The position numbers and the translations under genes were made by a program. A stretch of 64,000 nt of DNA, taken from assembly GCA_012295275.1 (NCBI GenBank), contig CM022671.1, forward strand, positions 744,001 through 808,000, in the 5' to 3' direction. Shown here one piece after another: positions 25,985-39,700 of this stretch. Origin of the DNA: Chrysomallon squamiferum (lineage: Eukaryota > Animalia > Mollusca). The notes under the pieces were generated by a model. It made no database searches. It worked only from the letters and a program-made list of their open reading frames with translations, and was not told the DNA's origin. Position 1 is the first letter of the stretch; each line of letters begins with the position of its first letter.

Positions 25985-28900
25985 TTAGGTGCGAATGTGT
26001 AGATGTAATTTTGAATTATAAATATTGGAGTTCATAAGAAAACAAGTACAATATAAATACTGTAGTTATAGATTTTGAAACATTTATAAATTAAATAATC
26101 AGATTTCAAAATACACTTAATATATAATGTAGTAGTAAGAATAACAAAGATGTAACAAATAAGAGTGTGTGTTTGTGTGTGTAAAAACAGCAAAAAATAA
26201 AATACAAAAATAATATTGTAGTGAAATGTTTTTTAAACAAATATAATATTTACTTGTTATATATAAGAAATAAATTAATATCAAATCAGATATATATATA
26301 TGCACATTTACGTAAAAGAATACTGTATCATGTTATAGAAACATGATATTCTGTTTGATATACAACTTTGAGATTTTATTTAACACAGTTAATTGCTGAA
26401 ATCTGATGGGTTTTTAATTTTTATTTATAATAAATAGTTTACTTTTGTCACAGAGGCTATCATTTTAACTAATATTTAAGAAAACTTCAGAATAGATTTT
26501 AAAAATATTTTGTTCTGTCTTACAGATTTTGTTTATATGTATGTGTATTTTTTTTGTGTGTGTCTGGATATCAGTTACTGTTATAGCTGGTTGCCACTAA
26601 ACAACATACAGGAATTAAATAATTACCTTAGTAACTTACATAAACTTCAAAATAAAACTACAAAAAGCATGTTTATTCAATACATGAACCAATGAAAACT
26701 GTGGATCCTTAAACATAATTCAACAGAAACTAGTAAATTATGTCTTGTATTTGATAAATTACTGTAGAAGAATTCTCACTGTTAATAAATGAAAATGATC
26801 CAGAACTGCCAAATAATTCTTTTTAAATATTAAGTATACTATATATTGTGAACAATCATATGCACAGCTCTGACATGATATTTTATTTATTTATTTATTT
26901 ATTTTTCTTATTTATTTATTTATTTTTGTTGTTGTTGTTTTGTTATTGTTTTTGTTTTATACAACTGTAAAGAGATAATTACTTTTAAATGACATGAACA
27001 CTGTTACAGGCATTTTTAAAATGGTGGTAACATGTTATAGCAGAAGTAGAAATAATGAAAATATAATAAAATCAAATTCAAAAAAAATGTAAACATAACT
27101 TCTCAATCATTTAAAAAGAGAGGTAGAAAGAAAGAAAGAATTACTGAGTGTGTGTGTGTGTTATAAAAAAATGACACTAATATAATGTTCTGTTTTGTTT
27201 TATTTTAATGACTGCAGTGAAGAAGAAGAAACAGGTTAGCTTGATGTGTTTGTTTGTGTGTGCCATGTGTTAATTATATTGTGTTGTATTAACACAGCTT
27301 GTTTCAAGTTTTGTAGCTATGTGTTGTCAATTGTTTTTTTCTATAAAAATTTTATAAAATTTAAACTTCAGTTCACAGTCTGCTTATTGTTGTGTTGTTT
27401 TCACTGAATGTTGTGATTATTTGAATTTGTCATTATAATGAAATAACAAACTTTTGTTTATTTACTGAACTGATCAATTATATACATGCCTAGCTCTTTT
27501 GTTTTGTTACTTACATCATTGTTAACATTGTTGTGAGTTTTCAGCAAGCTTTGTGATTATTTGACTCACCAACATAATAAACAAAATGTTATTTACTGAA
27601 ATGATCAATTGTATATATACTTGACCATCATCTTTATCATCATTGTTTTTATTATTGTTAGTTGTTGTTGTCATTCAAAATACAATTTCTTTATAGTTGC
27701 TGTTCTTTATTTTATTACCATCATCATTTTAGTGTGTGTGTGTGTTAAAAAAGAAAGAGCAATTCCCTAACCTATCAAATCACCTTATTTCACACCTGTG
27801 GCTACCTGTGTATTGTACCTGTGTGTATATTTCACATGTTATTATTTCTGATTCAAAGGAATGACCTCTCCTTGACCTGATGACCAGGTGTGAATTCTGT
27901 TTTGTAATATTTGAAATCTTCAGGATCATGTTTGTTACAGTTGACAGGACACAGGTTGCAGAATGAATGAATATTATTACTGCTTGTTAACAGCAGAAAT
28001 TAATCTGTCACTCATTATGTACTGTGTGTGTTTGTTTTGTCTATATTAAAACTGACATTATTAACAGATACAGTTTAGTGATAAATGGTAACAAAAAAAT
28101 CTAACTTTATTTATATTCTGTTTTTAAAATATAGGAGAACAGTGATTTCTTGTGCAGTTGCTGTGGTGATTAGTATATGTAACTTCCAAAGCAGCATGTA
28201 CTGTTTATTGTCTTTGATAAATCTGTGGCTGGAATGAAAAATAAATGTGTGATACTCTAATGAAAATCATTCTTATGACATAATGTATTGTCAAAGAGAT
28301 GTTAGGTAGCTGTTTGATCATTACAGATGTGCTTGAACCTCCGTGTTCATTAATATCATTTCAGTTCGGGTGAATGTCATTAGTTATTTCTGTTTTGTTT
28401 CTGGATTGATTAGTCGTTCAGTTTCAGATGTGACCAAACCATTGTCCTTGAGCCACAGTGACCACAACCTCATTAAAAACCACTTGAACCACAGTGACCA
28501 CAACCTCATTAAAAACCACTTGAACCACAGTGACACAACCTCATTAAAAACCACTTGAACCACAGTGACCACAACCTCATTAAAAACCACTTAATACCAT
28601 CTCATTAGTTCACTAGACATGATATATAACAATCGTATAAAATATATATACCACATGAAATATATGTCTAACACTTTCTGTTGTATCCATAACATGTATT
28701 TTAAGAAGCAACTCTATACTAAATACTAAATGGAGAAAATAAACCACACTTTAACCTATTCATAAAGTTCACTCTACCATGATTTATATAGTAACTCCAA
28801 AGAGATGAAATATATTTAACAATTTATTCATCATATTTCAAGTTATGTTTAGATCAGAGACAGAGTTGTTTATTTATATCATTAAATTCAGTTAATTAAT

Positions 28901-31900
28901 ACAAAATTGATTGGTAGTTAAACACATATTGTGTTTCAAGATGCATAGATCCCATCATCAATATGTGCAACCATAATTAATGTTTGCTGGAGCAGAACGT
29001 TTGTTTAAAACTTCTAACAATCAAAAAAGAATTCTGTGAAAACAAAATGCTTAATATAACGGGCAATATCATGAAATAATGTTTTTGTGTGTTATTTTTA
29101 AACAAAATTCTACCAAATAAATTAATAATTGATCTAAAAAAATATGATTTTATTTGTTGTGAATAAACAAAAAATAATAATAATATGCACATACGGATTT
29201 TATTTAAAAGTTGTGTCCTGAAAACAAGATCTTTAATATAATTGTCAAAAACATGGTGGAGATATCTTTGTAAGTTGTTATTGATGATGGTTATTGTTGG
29301 ACAAAATTCACCAAAATAAATAAATAAATAAATAAATAAATAAATTAAAAATCTGTCGGACTTGAAATGTCATTTATCTCTTGTGTTTAAACTGTCACAG
29401 AATGGTAACTGCTGTTTTCTCCAGATCTGGCACTTTCAGATAACTGTGACCTTGGCACATGTACATCTACTTTAGCTGTGACATATATAAACTCTATCCA
29501 TCTGTGGTTGTTCAAGAGATTTTTTCATTCAATTTTTTCAAATTACACTTTATTATTTTAACATACTCATGTTATTTCACACATTTGTGGTTACTGCTGA
29601 ATTGATGAGACTCTGTGTTTTCTCGCTGAACTGCATGTTTGTTATATTTTTAACAGTAATTATTTTGGTTGTATTGTTTTTCTACTTGTATTTACAGCTG
29701 CCACATAAACATGTTAGCATCAAACTGACTAAACATACAAATACATTCAGTAAATTAAACACTAACAGTACAGTATGTGTTAGATTACTTTAACACACAA
29801 ATACATTCAGTAAACACTAACAGTACAGTATGTGTTAGGTTACTTTAACACACAAATACATTCAGTAAACACTAACAGTACAATATGTGTTAGATTACTT
29901 TAACACACAAATACATTCAGTAAACACTAACAGTACAGTATGTGTGTTAGGTTACTTTAACACACAAATACATTCAGTAAACACTAACAGTACAGTGTAT
30001 GTGTTAGATTACTTTAACACACAAATACATTCAGTAAACACTAACAGTACAGTATGTGTGTTAGGTTACTTTAACATACAAATACATTCAGTAAACACTA
30101 ACAGTACAGTGTATGTGTTAGGTTACTTTAACACACAAATACATTCAGTAAACACTAACAGTACAGTATGTGTTAGATTACTTTAACACACAAATACATT
30201 CAGTAAACACTAACAGTACAGTGTATGTGTTAGATTACTTTAACATACAAATACATTCAGTAAACACTAACAGTACAGTATGTGTGTTAGGTTACTTTAA
30301 CACACAAATACATTCAGTAAACACTAACAGTACAGTATGTGTGTTAGGTTACTTTAACATACAAATACATTCAGTAAACACTAACAGTACAGTGTATGTG
30401 TTAGGTTACTTTAACACACAAATACATTCAGTAAACACTAACAGTACAGTATGTGTGTTAGGTTACTTTAACACACAAATACATTCAGTAAACACTAACA
30501 GTACAGTGTATGTGTTAGATTACTTTAACACACAAATACATTCAGTAAACACTAACAGTACAGTATGTGTGTTAGGTTACTTTAACACACAAATACATTC
30601 AGTAAACACTAACAGTACAGTATGTGTGTTAGGTTACTTTAACATACAAATACATTCAGTAAACACTAACAGTACAGTGTATGTGTTAGGTTACTTTAAC
30701 ACACAAATACATTCAGTAAACACTAACACATTGTATGTGTTAAACTTTAACACACAAATACATTCAGTAAACACTAACAGTACAGTATGTGTTAGATTAC
30801 TTTAACACACAAATACATTCAGTAAACACTAACAGTACAGTATGTGTTAGATTACTTTAACACACAAATACATTCAGTAAACACTAACAGTACAGTATGT
30901 GTGTTAGATTACTTTAACATACAAATACATTCAGTAAACACTAACAGTACAGTATGTGTGTTAGGTTACTTTAACACACAAATACATTCAGTAAACACTA
31001 ACTACAGTATGTGTGTTAGGTTACTTTAACACACAAATACATTCAGTAAACACTAACAGTACAGTATGTGTGTTAGGTTACTTTAACACACAAATACATT
31101 CAGTAAACACTAACAGTACAGTATGTGTGTTAGGTTACTTTAACACACAAATACATTCAGTAAACACTAACAGTACAGTGTATGTGTTAGATTACTTTAA
31201 CACACAAATACATTCAGTAAACACTAACAGTACAGTATGTGTGTTAGGTTACTTTAACACACAAATACATTCAGTAAACACTAACAGTACAGTGTATGTG
31301 TTAGGTTACTTTAACACACAAATACATTCAGTAAACACTAACAGTACAGTATGTGTTAGGTTACTTTAACATACAAATACATTCAGTAAACACTAACAGT
31401 ACAGTGTATGTGTTAGGTTACTTTAACACACAAATACATTCAGTAAACACTAACAGTACAGTATGTGTTAGATTACTTTAACACACAAATACATTCAGTA
31501 AACACTAACAGTACAGTATATGTTTTAGGTTACTTTAACACACAAATACATTCAGTAAACACTAACTGTACAGTGTATGTGTTAGATTACTTTAACATAC
31601 AAATACATTCAGTAAACACTAACAGTACAGTATGTGTGTTAGGTTACTTTAACACACAAATACATTCAGTAAACACTAACAGTACAGTATGTGTTAGATT
31701 ACTTTAACACACAAATACATTCAGTAAACACTAACAGTACAGTATGTGTGTTAGGTTACTTTAACACACAAATACATTCAGTAAACACTAACAGTACAGT
31801 GTATGTGTTAGGTTACTTTAACACACAAATACATTCAGTAAACACTAACAGTACAGTATGTGTGTTAGATTACTTTAACACACAAATACATTCAGTAAAC

Positions 31901-33684
31901 ACTAACAGTACAGTATGTGTGCTAGGTTACTTTAACACACAAATACATTCAGTAAACACTAACAGTACAGTATGTGTTAGATTACTTTAACATACAAATA
32001 CATTCAGTAAACACTAACTACAGTATGTGTGTTAGGTTACTTTAACACACAAATACATTCAGTAAACACTAACAGTACAGTATGTGTTAGATTACTTTAA
32101 CACACAAATACATTCAGTAAACACTAACAGTACAGTATGTGTTTTAGGTTACTGAGACACACAGACTATGTACTACAGTGTGTTATTTGTTTAACAGTTA
32201 ATTTTAACCAGTTCTGTTTTCTTTATTTATTCTGTCTTAATTAAAAAATAATTCTGCTTCACCCCTCATCTGGTGAAACAATATCCGGTTTAAACAATAC
32301 ATCTACAAAACAATACATCTACAAAACAATCCACTTTAAACATCTAACACTTTCTGATTTGCCCATAAAATGTATGCTTTAATGAAGAATTCTACTGAAG
32401 CAATAACACTGAACTAAATCCATCATTTTCAGATCTGACATTTCAGTCACATGCTGTACACACACAACCTTGACATGCATAATTTATGAATTCCATTCAT
32501 TTCTCCATTAAACATTATTCTGTAATTATCTGCATTCCTTCCAGACTGAGAATGTTACTTAGGACCAAATCTTGATTTTCTATTGTTAAAAATAAGAAAT
32601 TATAAGCACAGATTTAGATTTTGGTTTTTCAAGCAGAAAAAAAAATGTTAACAGTTCCTACGAAATACAAAGACACTTAAATCAGCTAATGCAGTATAAA
32701 TACAAATCAGTGATATTTTCTTAGTATTTGTGGTTAAGTGTAAGCTTCAAAGCTGGCAGACAGGTGGATCAGTTCTGTGTACAAGTTCCTACAGGAGCTG
32801 GAATGTGTCTGATTTATACACTTTTATGCTGAAACTGCCCCAGTGATGATTGATCCTGTTATCCATTGCTTCTGAACTGAATGGTCGATATCTGAGTCAC
32901 AGCTTGTTTTGAAAAGAAAAAAAAAAGAAAAATGCTGTAACCATCTGTTCACATGGCCATGAAATATGTTGCATAATATATTGTAAAGAATGTGTATGTG
33001 GATGTGTATGTGTCTAAAATATACGTTTGATGTTTAAATGTAGAATTTTACTAATTTACTTCCTTTAAATAAAATTTATTATTATTATTAGTAGTAGTAG
33101 TAGTAGTAGTAGTAAATCAATGAAAATATTAAAATTTATACAATTTATTAAACAATTGCTTTTCTGATGAAATTAATCAGCATTTTTATTCATTATTTGT
33201 TTGTTTGTTTCCTTCTTCTTATTATTATTTTGTATATGTAATTTAGTCAAAATGGTGCAGCTTGGTTAGTTTATGATGCAGCATCAGGATACAAGACTGA
33301 TTACCTCAAACTGGATTGAAATATTGTGTTAATATCAGAAATATATTGGTTAAATGTTGAGATACTGATGTCTGTGAGATATATATTTTTATCCAGTATT
33401 TACATCAGTTGGTGTTACTGAACAATAATAAAACAGATTATTTGCTAATCTGTCATCACATTAATGTTTGTGAACTGAATATTTTTATCTGGTATTTATC
33501 ACATGAATCAAGTCAGTAAAAATCTTGCCACTGGCATAAATAACATAGATACCTGTTAAATGGTTTTACATGATAAATTATGTTAATAGCCATCTGTTGT
33601 TCAAGATAGTAAACTTGGTCATGTCAGAATTTTAATAACTTTCTTTTTTAAAAAAATTTTTTAGAAATGGAATATTATTATTAA

Positions 33685-33716
<32 letters not shown>

Positions 33717-36700
33717 TTTTTCTAACATTTATCTTATACTGCATTTTTTATTTCCTTCATTTGATATCTCTATCATTTCAAAAAAATTTGAATTATATTT
33801 TATCAAGATATTTGATTGTTATTGATTCACTTTTTACACTGTAATTTCATAAACTATACTTTTATTATATTGATTATTTCTACAACAGTACATGACTGAT
33901 TACAAACTTCATACAGCTCTGTGATATACTTCATACACCACCAGACATATACAGCTCTATGACATACATCATACACCATCAAACAGCTACAGCTCTGTGA
34001 CATACTTCATATACCATCAGACATATACAGCTCTATGACATACATCATACACCATCAAACAGCTACAGCTCTGTGTTATACTTCATACACCATCAGACAG
34101 CTACAGCTCTGTGATATACTTCATACACCATCAGACATATACAGCTCTATGATATACATCATACACCATCAAACAGCTACAGCTCTGTGTTATACTTCAT
34201 ACATCATTAGACAGCTACAGCTCTATGATATACATCATACACCATCAAACAGCTACAGCTCTGTGTTATACTTCATACACCATCAAACAGCTACAGCTCT
34301 GTGTTATACTTCATACACCATCAAACAGCTTCCAGTCTGTGTTATACTTCATACACCATCAGACAGCTACACCTCTGTGACATACTTCATACACCATCAG
34401 ACAACTACAGCTGTGTTATACTTCATACACCATCAGACAGCTACAGCTCTGTGTTATACTTCATATACCATCAGACAGCTACAGCTCTGTGTTATACTTC
34501 ATACACCATCAGACAGCTACAGCTCTGTGACATATTTCATACACCATCAGACAGCTACAGCTCTGTGACATACTTCATACACCATTAGACAGCTACAGCT
34601 CTGTGTTATACTTCATACACCATCAGACAGCTACAGCTCTGTGTTATACTTCATACACCATTAGACAGCTACAGCTCTGTGTTATACTTCATACACCATT
34701 AGACAGCTACAGCTCTGTGTTATACTTCATACACCATTAGACAGCTACAGCTCTGTGTTATACTTTATACACCATCAGACAGCTACAGCTCTGTGACATA
34801 CTTCATACACCATTAGACAGCTACAGCTCTGTGTTATACTTCATACACCATCAGACAGCTACAGCTCTGTGACATACTTCATACACCATCAGACAGCTAC
34901 AGCTCTGTGACATACTTCATACACCATTAGACAGCTACAGCTCTGTGTTATACTTCATACACCATCAGACAGCTACACCTCTGTGACATACTTCATTTCA
35001 CTGATAACTGACAGGTTGCATGGTCAGTTCTTATCAATCCTTTTGCTGTGCTCTTTTAATTTACTGTTGTGTATATTTTATTGTTTATACTGTGAAAGAT
35101 TCCTTGCTGCTGACTAAAGAAAATAATCTGAGGAATGCTTTCCTTTCTTATATAATAAGTATACAACAATTATTTGCAACTATTAATTTTAATTTTGGTC
35201 AGTAAAATTTAGTTTTTCATATCGCTGATTCATCTAATAAATTAAAATTATGACTTCTCTTATAAACAAACAAACCATACATAACATGTTTTTAATGAGA
35301 GTCAAAGGAATGAAAATTTAACATGAATGTTGTTGTTATATGTGGAGCCTGGTATTTACATTAATGTCCAAGGGGCTAATATTTTTTATTAAAAGCAATA
35401 TACATTTTTAAATCCCTCTAGGCATGGCAGCACACATCACATGTTTCTTTATATATTTGTATACATGTTTTATGAACAGACATAGCAAATTAAATTAATC
35501 TAAGAAGGGCTGCACTGGTTATAATGACTTTGTAATAACTGTGAGTCAGCTCTTAAACAGATCGTCTTTATGTGACATTCAAATAAAATTCAATAGCATT
35601 AAAAAAAACTTACTATATTGATTATAATGTTTGCTGTGTTCAGTCTTCTTTGTAAAATAGTGTTTAAAATCATTTGAATAATTCACATGTGAACTAAACT
35701 ATAAATAGGGAAAGAAGGAACAAAAACAAACAAACAAAAATAAATAAATATTAAAAAAGAATTTAAAAAAACCTCACACAAAATTTTTTTTTTTTTTTTC
35801 ATTTTGTAAAAACCTGGAAAGAAAAACAGAAAAAATTTGAATAAAAAAAGAAAAAAGATACCTAGTCTGAAATGAGTAGTTGTATTTGCAGGAGCCAGTG
35901 TGAAAATATCAACGCAGGGGAAATAACTTGTAAAGACTTAGCCCTTTGGAACATCAATTGCTGAACACAAAAACTCTTAACCATGGCTTCTGTGGAAACC
36001 TGAGTCACATTTTAGTACTCAAGTGTTACGACGTTTTGTACACTGAATTACACAAACACCGCTTGTAATGCAGTGTCAGCAGGTAATTCGGTTACAGGTG
36101 ACTAATTACAGGTAGACTGGGTAGTTTTGTTATTATGTAGATTTAGTGTATTCCACAGACAGCCTCAAAGTCTTCGTTTCACTTACAAATAATAATTATC
36201 AATATATCTAGATTAGCTTATGTAACTAAAACAGTGCCAACTTTTGGAATAAACTGAGAATTCTGATAATAGTTATCAGATCCCATATCAACACATGAAT
36301 CAATCAGGTATGTTACTCTTTTCATCACGTGAATCGTTATTTACATTATCTAGTTCACAATCAGTACTCAAATCACTTTTCCTCTGCAAGTGTTTCATCA
36401 GCTAAAACCAGCAAATGTTTGTTTTCAGAGCAGTAACCTGTCTAAACATTGTGCTTTTTCTTCTGTAAGGTCATTCTTCTTCTCCAACAATTGTACAAAA
36501 TAGGTCAATCTTATTATATAACTATTTTTTATTTTTTTTATTTTATAAAAGAGATTAGTAGATTGTTGATTTCAGGCACTCACCCATTCTGATGAGATTG
36601 TTATAACTGATGTATAAAAAAGTCACATTAGTGTATGAATGTTCTGTCAGGTTGATGTGTAAGTTTTGTGAGTTACTTTTTCAAACTATCACTGAGATGT

Positions 36701-39700
36701 TACATACAACAGCTGTCAATGTAGAAACACATCAGTAATCAGCCATTCATTCGTTCAGACTCTGAGATCTGTGGTGTTTTGACATGTTTTATACTCTGCA
36801 GTTACATAATACACTTACTAAGCCTCAGCACAGTCCAGGGTATTCACCTGGTTATTTTGTTGCTGCCCCCCAAGGAGACAGATAATGGACCCACAAATAA
36901 TATCCATTAATTTAGCAGCATTGTTATTCTACAAAGCTGTCTGAGTGAAAGGGAGCAGATATAAAGGTTATTGTATTGTTTGGCTTGAACAGTTCACATG
37001 TGAACTAAAAGTATATGTAGGTTTTATGTATTTCAGTCTTTTGTATTGTTTCTGTACACATGTTTACACACAAATCTTCTGTGAATTTATGTGGTCTGTA
37101 TGTGTGTGTGTGTGTGTGTGGGGGGTTTGTTATGTATGAGAATGTTGCTATTTTTTTATTTCAGTGATAAATATATATTAATGCAGCACATTTTGTGTTT
37201 GTTCAGTATTATATAGACCTTTTGTTGATTTGTTAAATTGTACCACTGGAGAAATGAAAGAATAGTCTAAATAATTCTGCATATTTCTGTGGTTTTTGTT
37301 ATTGTTGTTGTTGTTGTTGCTATTTTGTTTTTGTTTTATTTATTTTTTTAAAGAATAGTATAAAGAATTTTATTATATCATGATTTGTGTGTATATCAGC
37401 TACAAGTTGACTTTAGAAATCATCAACAAGTTGATTTTAGAAATCATCAACAAGTTGATGTCACTGCAGCATAGTTTTGTGTTTCTTCATTAAAAACTTG
37501 TTACTCTTCATGCTGAGTGCAGTGTTTACTGTAGAAAACGCATGTGAAGGTGTAACAGGTGATTAACACATTTTTATAACACTGGTTACCTGATGTCAGG
37601 TTTGATTTATTTGTAACAACAAAGTCTCTGTGAGGAAACCTGTTGCCATTGTTATGTTGTGTGGTAAAAAACAGTTTTACATAACAGGCTACAGGATCAA
37701 TCCTCTTCAGTGCTTTTATTTGGCTGTTTCTCATATGTTAATTCTATGTGAACAGTTTATCAAAGTCTGTGGTATGTGCTTTCCTGTCTGTGGGTATGTA
37801 CATGTCACAGGTACTTTGCTGCTGACTGACAAAGAGTGGCCAGCTGCATGTTGACAGTGGATTTTCTCACTAGACTTGTACAAATATTTCCTACATTTCT
37901 ATTAGTTACCAAAATTATATATAGTTTTGCTACAGTTCAGTGATGTGATTATTTTAAAACTCATTACTCACAGAGCACATCTGAATATAGACTTCAGCAC
38001 TGAGCTCATTTCCTAGCTGTAATACACTAAAACATCCTTCTTTCTTTCTGAGTCTGATATAAATACATGATAAACTGATTTAGAAATGTGTTGTGTGTAA
38101 TTTTCTTACACCAATAATTATAGTACATTTGAGTTTTTCCTTTGTGTCAGAAACATAAGGTAGACACACCTGATATAAATCAATAATAAACCAATTTAGA
38201 AATGTGTTGTGTATGCTTTTCTGTCACATAAAAACTTATATTATGTTTGAGATTTTCCATTGTTTTGAATGTGAAAACAGAGTTGCTGTTTTCTGTTATA
38301 TAAAATTACCTACAGTAATCTGGTAATACGACATTAAATAAATAATGGTGATCAGATGATAAAAGTCTTTAGCAACATTGTTTATAATTCAAATAACTCA
38401 TTTCATTATTTCAAATTTATCTTTTGTTGTGTTCTGTGTTCTCTTGTTATTAAAACCATCCACACATTGAAATATCAGTTATATAACTAGATTTCTCACA
38501 CATATTCCATCTGGTCTCAGTTTCTCATATATCACAGTATTTCAGAGCTGTTAATTAGCAGTCCTTATTTTGTGCTACCTGACTTTGGCTTGTTATTATA
38601 AAGAAAACACACAGACTAAAACACATCACAGTTTAGAAAGAGTGTTATCCACAGCATCTGTGTGTGCTTACTGTTCTGTAATTAGCTTATCTCACACCTC
38701 ACTAATCTCACATCTCACTAATCTCATTAACAGCTAGATGTGGATTAGTACTGTTACCCTGAGAAGATGTCAGTCATAGGATAAAATCTCACTTGGTACT
38801 GTATGTGTTTTTTCCTGTTCCAACCATTGCTCAGAGGTATAATTAATCATTCTTTTTTTGGACTGGATGCGCATAAAAACTCTGAATTATATTTCAGTAT
38901 GTTAAAGTGATAATTCTTAAAAGTGGCTGTTAACTGGTTTGTGCACATTAAATAAAACCACATGAGTAATATAACTGTTATGACATGTTAAAGTGTTATC
39001 ACTTATTATTATTATTTTATTTTGCTAAAGATTGAAAATCACATAAACATACCTGATATTTATTGTACTAAGAATAAATGATAAGAAGTTTTATTAAAAG
39101 AAAATAAAAATATATTTTAAAATACATTTGTCCTCCTGATTTATATTTTACAAGATTAATTATAAGTTCTTCAGTTTTTCAAATGATTTTTCAAATGATT
39201 TTTTTTTGTTAATCTAAAGAAATAGATTTATAATTTATAAATAACTCAAAATCACATAGTTAAGAGATTATAACTTGAAAATTGGTTTTTGATATTTTGT
39301 TTTTAAATACTGACTAGATTTACATGTTGGGTTATTTGCCCATTCCGACCCTCATATTACATTTTAAAATATAGCGAGAAAAATATATTCTTTAAACATA
39401 ACATGAAACCACATCTAAGTTCAAATGTTATGTTCAGTGTAGACAGTGTTGACAGTGTAGAGAAGTGTTGTGTGTTTGAGAGAGGGCTTGTTCATGGATG
39501 TTTGTTAGAATCTACATATTGTAGACTAGTCACTCTATTTCTTGAATGTATCAGCTTCTATGAACAAAATTGCTAATAACAAACATTGTTAATATTTCAG
39601 ATGTATAATTTTATATAAATGATTTTACTGAGCACTTTTATTAAAAAAGACAACTTACGTGAACAAACACTTCAGATTTCTGCAGTAATGAATATATTTA

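Noticed and set aside
27218-27234. Possible 17-nt microexon (cag|tgaagaagaagaaacag|gttagc) in TBC1D30 intron 2
   Set aside because: The splice signals are plausible, but it would shift the frame between phase-1 exons 2 and 3 and I found no compensating exon. It cannot be excluded as a poison or UTR exon.
29887-31990. Long repetitive ORFs (YFNTQIHSVNTNSTV...)
   Set aside because: They result from a stop-free frame in a 57-bp unit and are repeatedly broken by 55-bp units; there is no splice or homology support.
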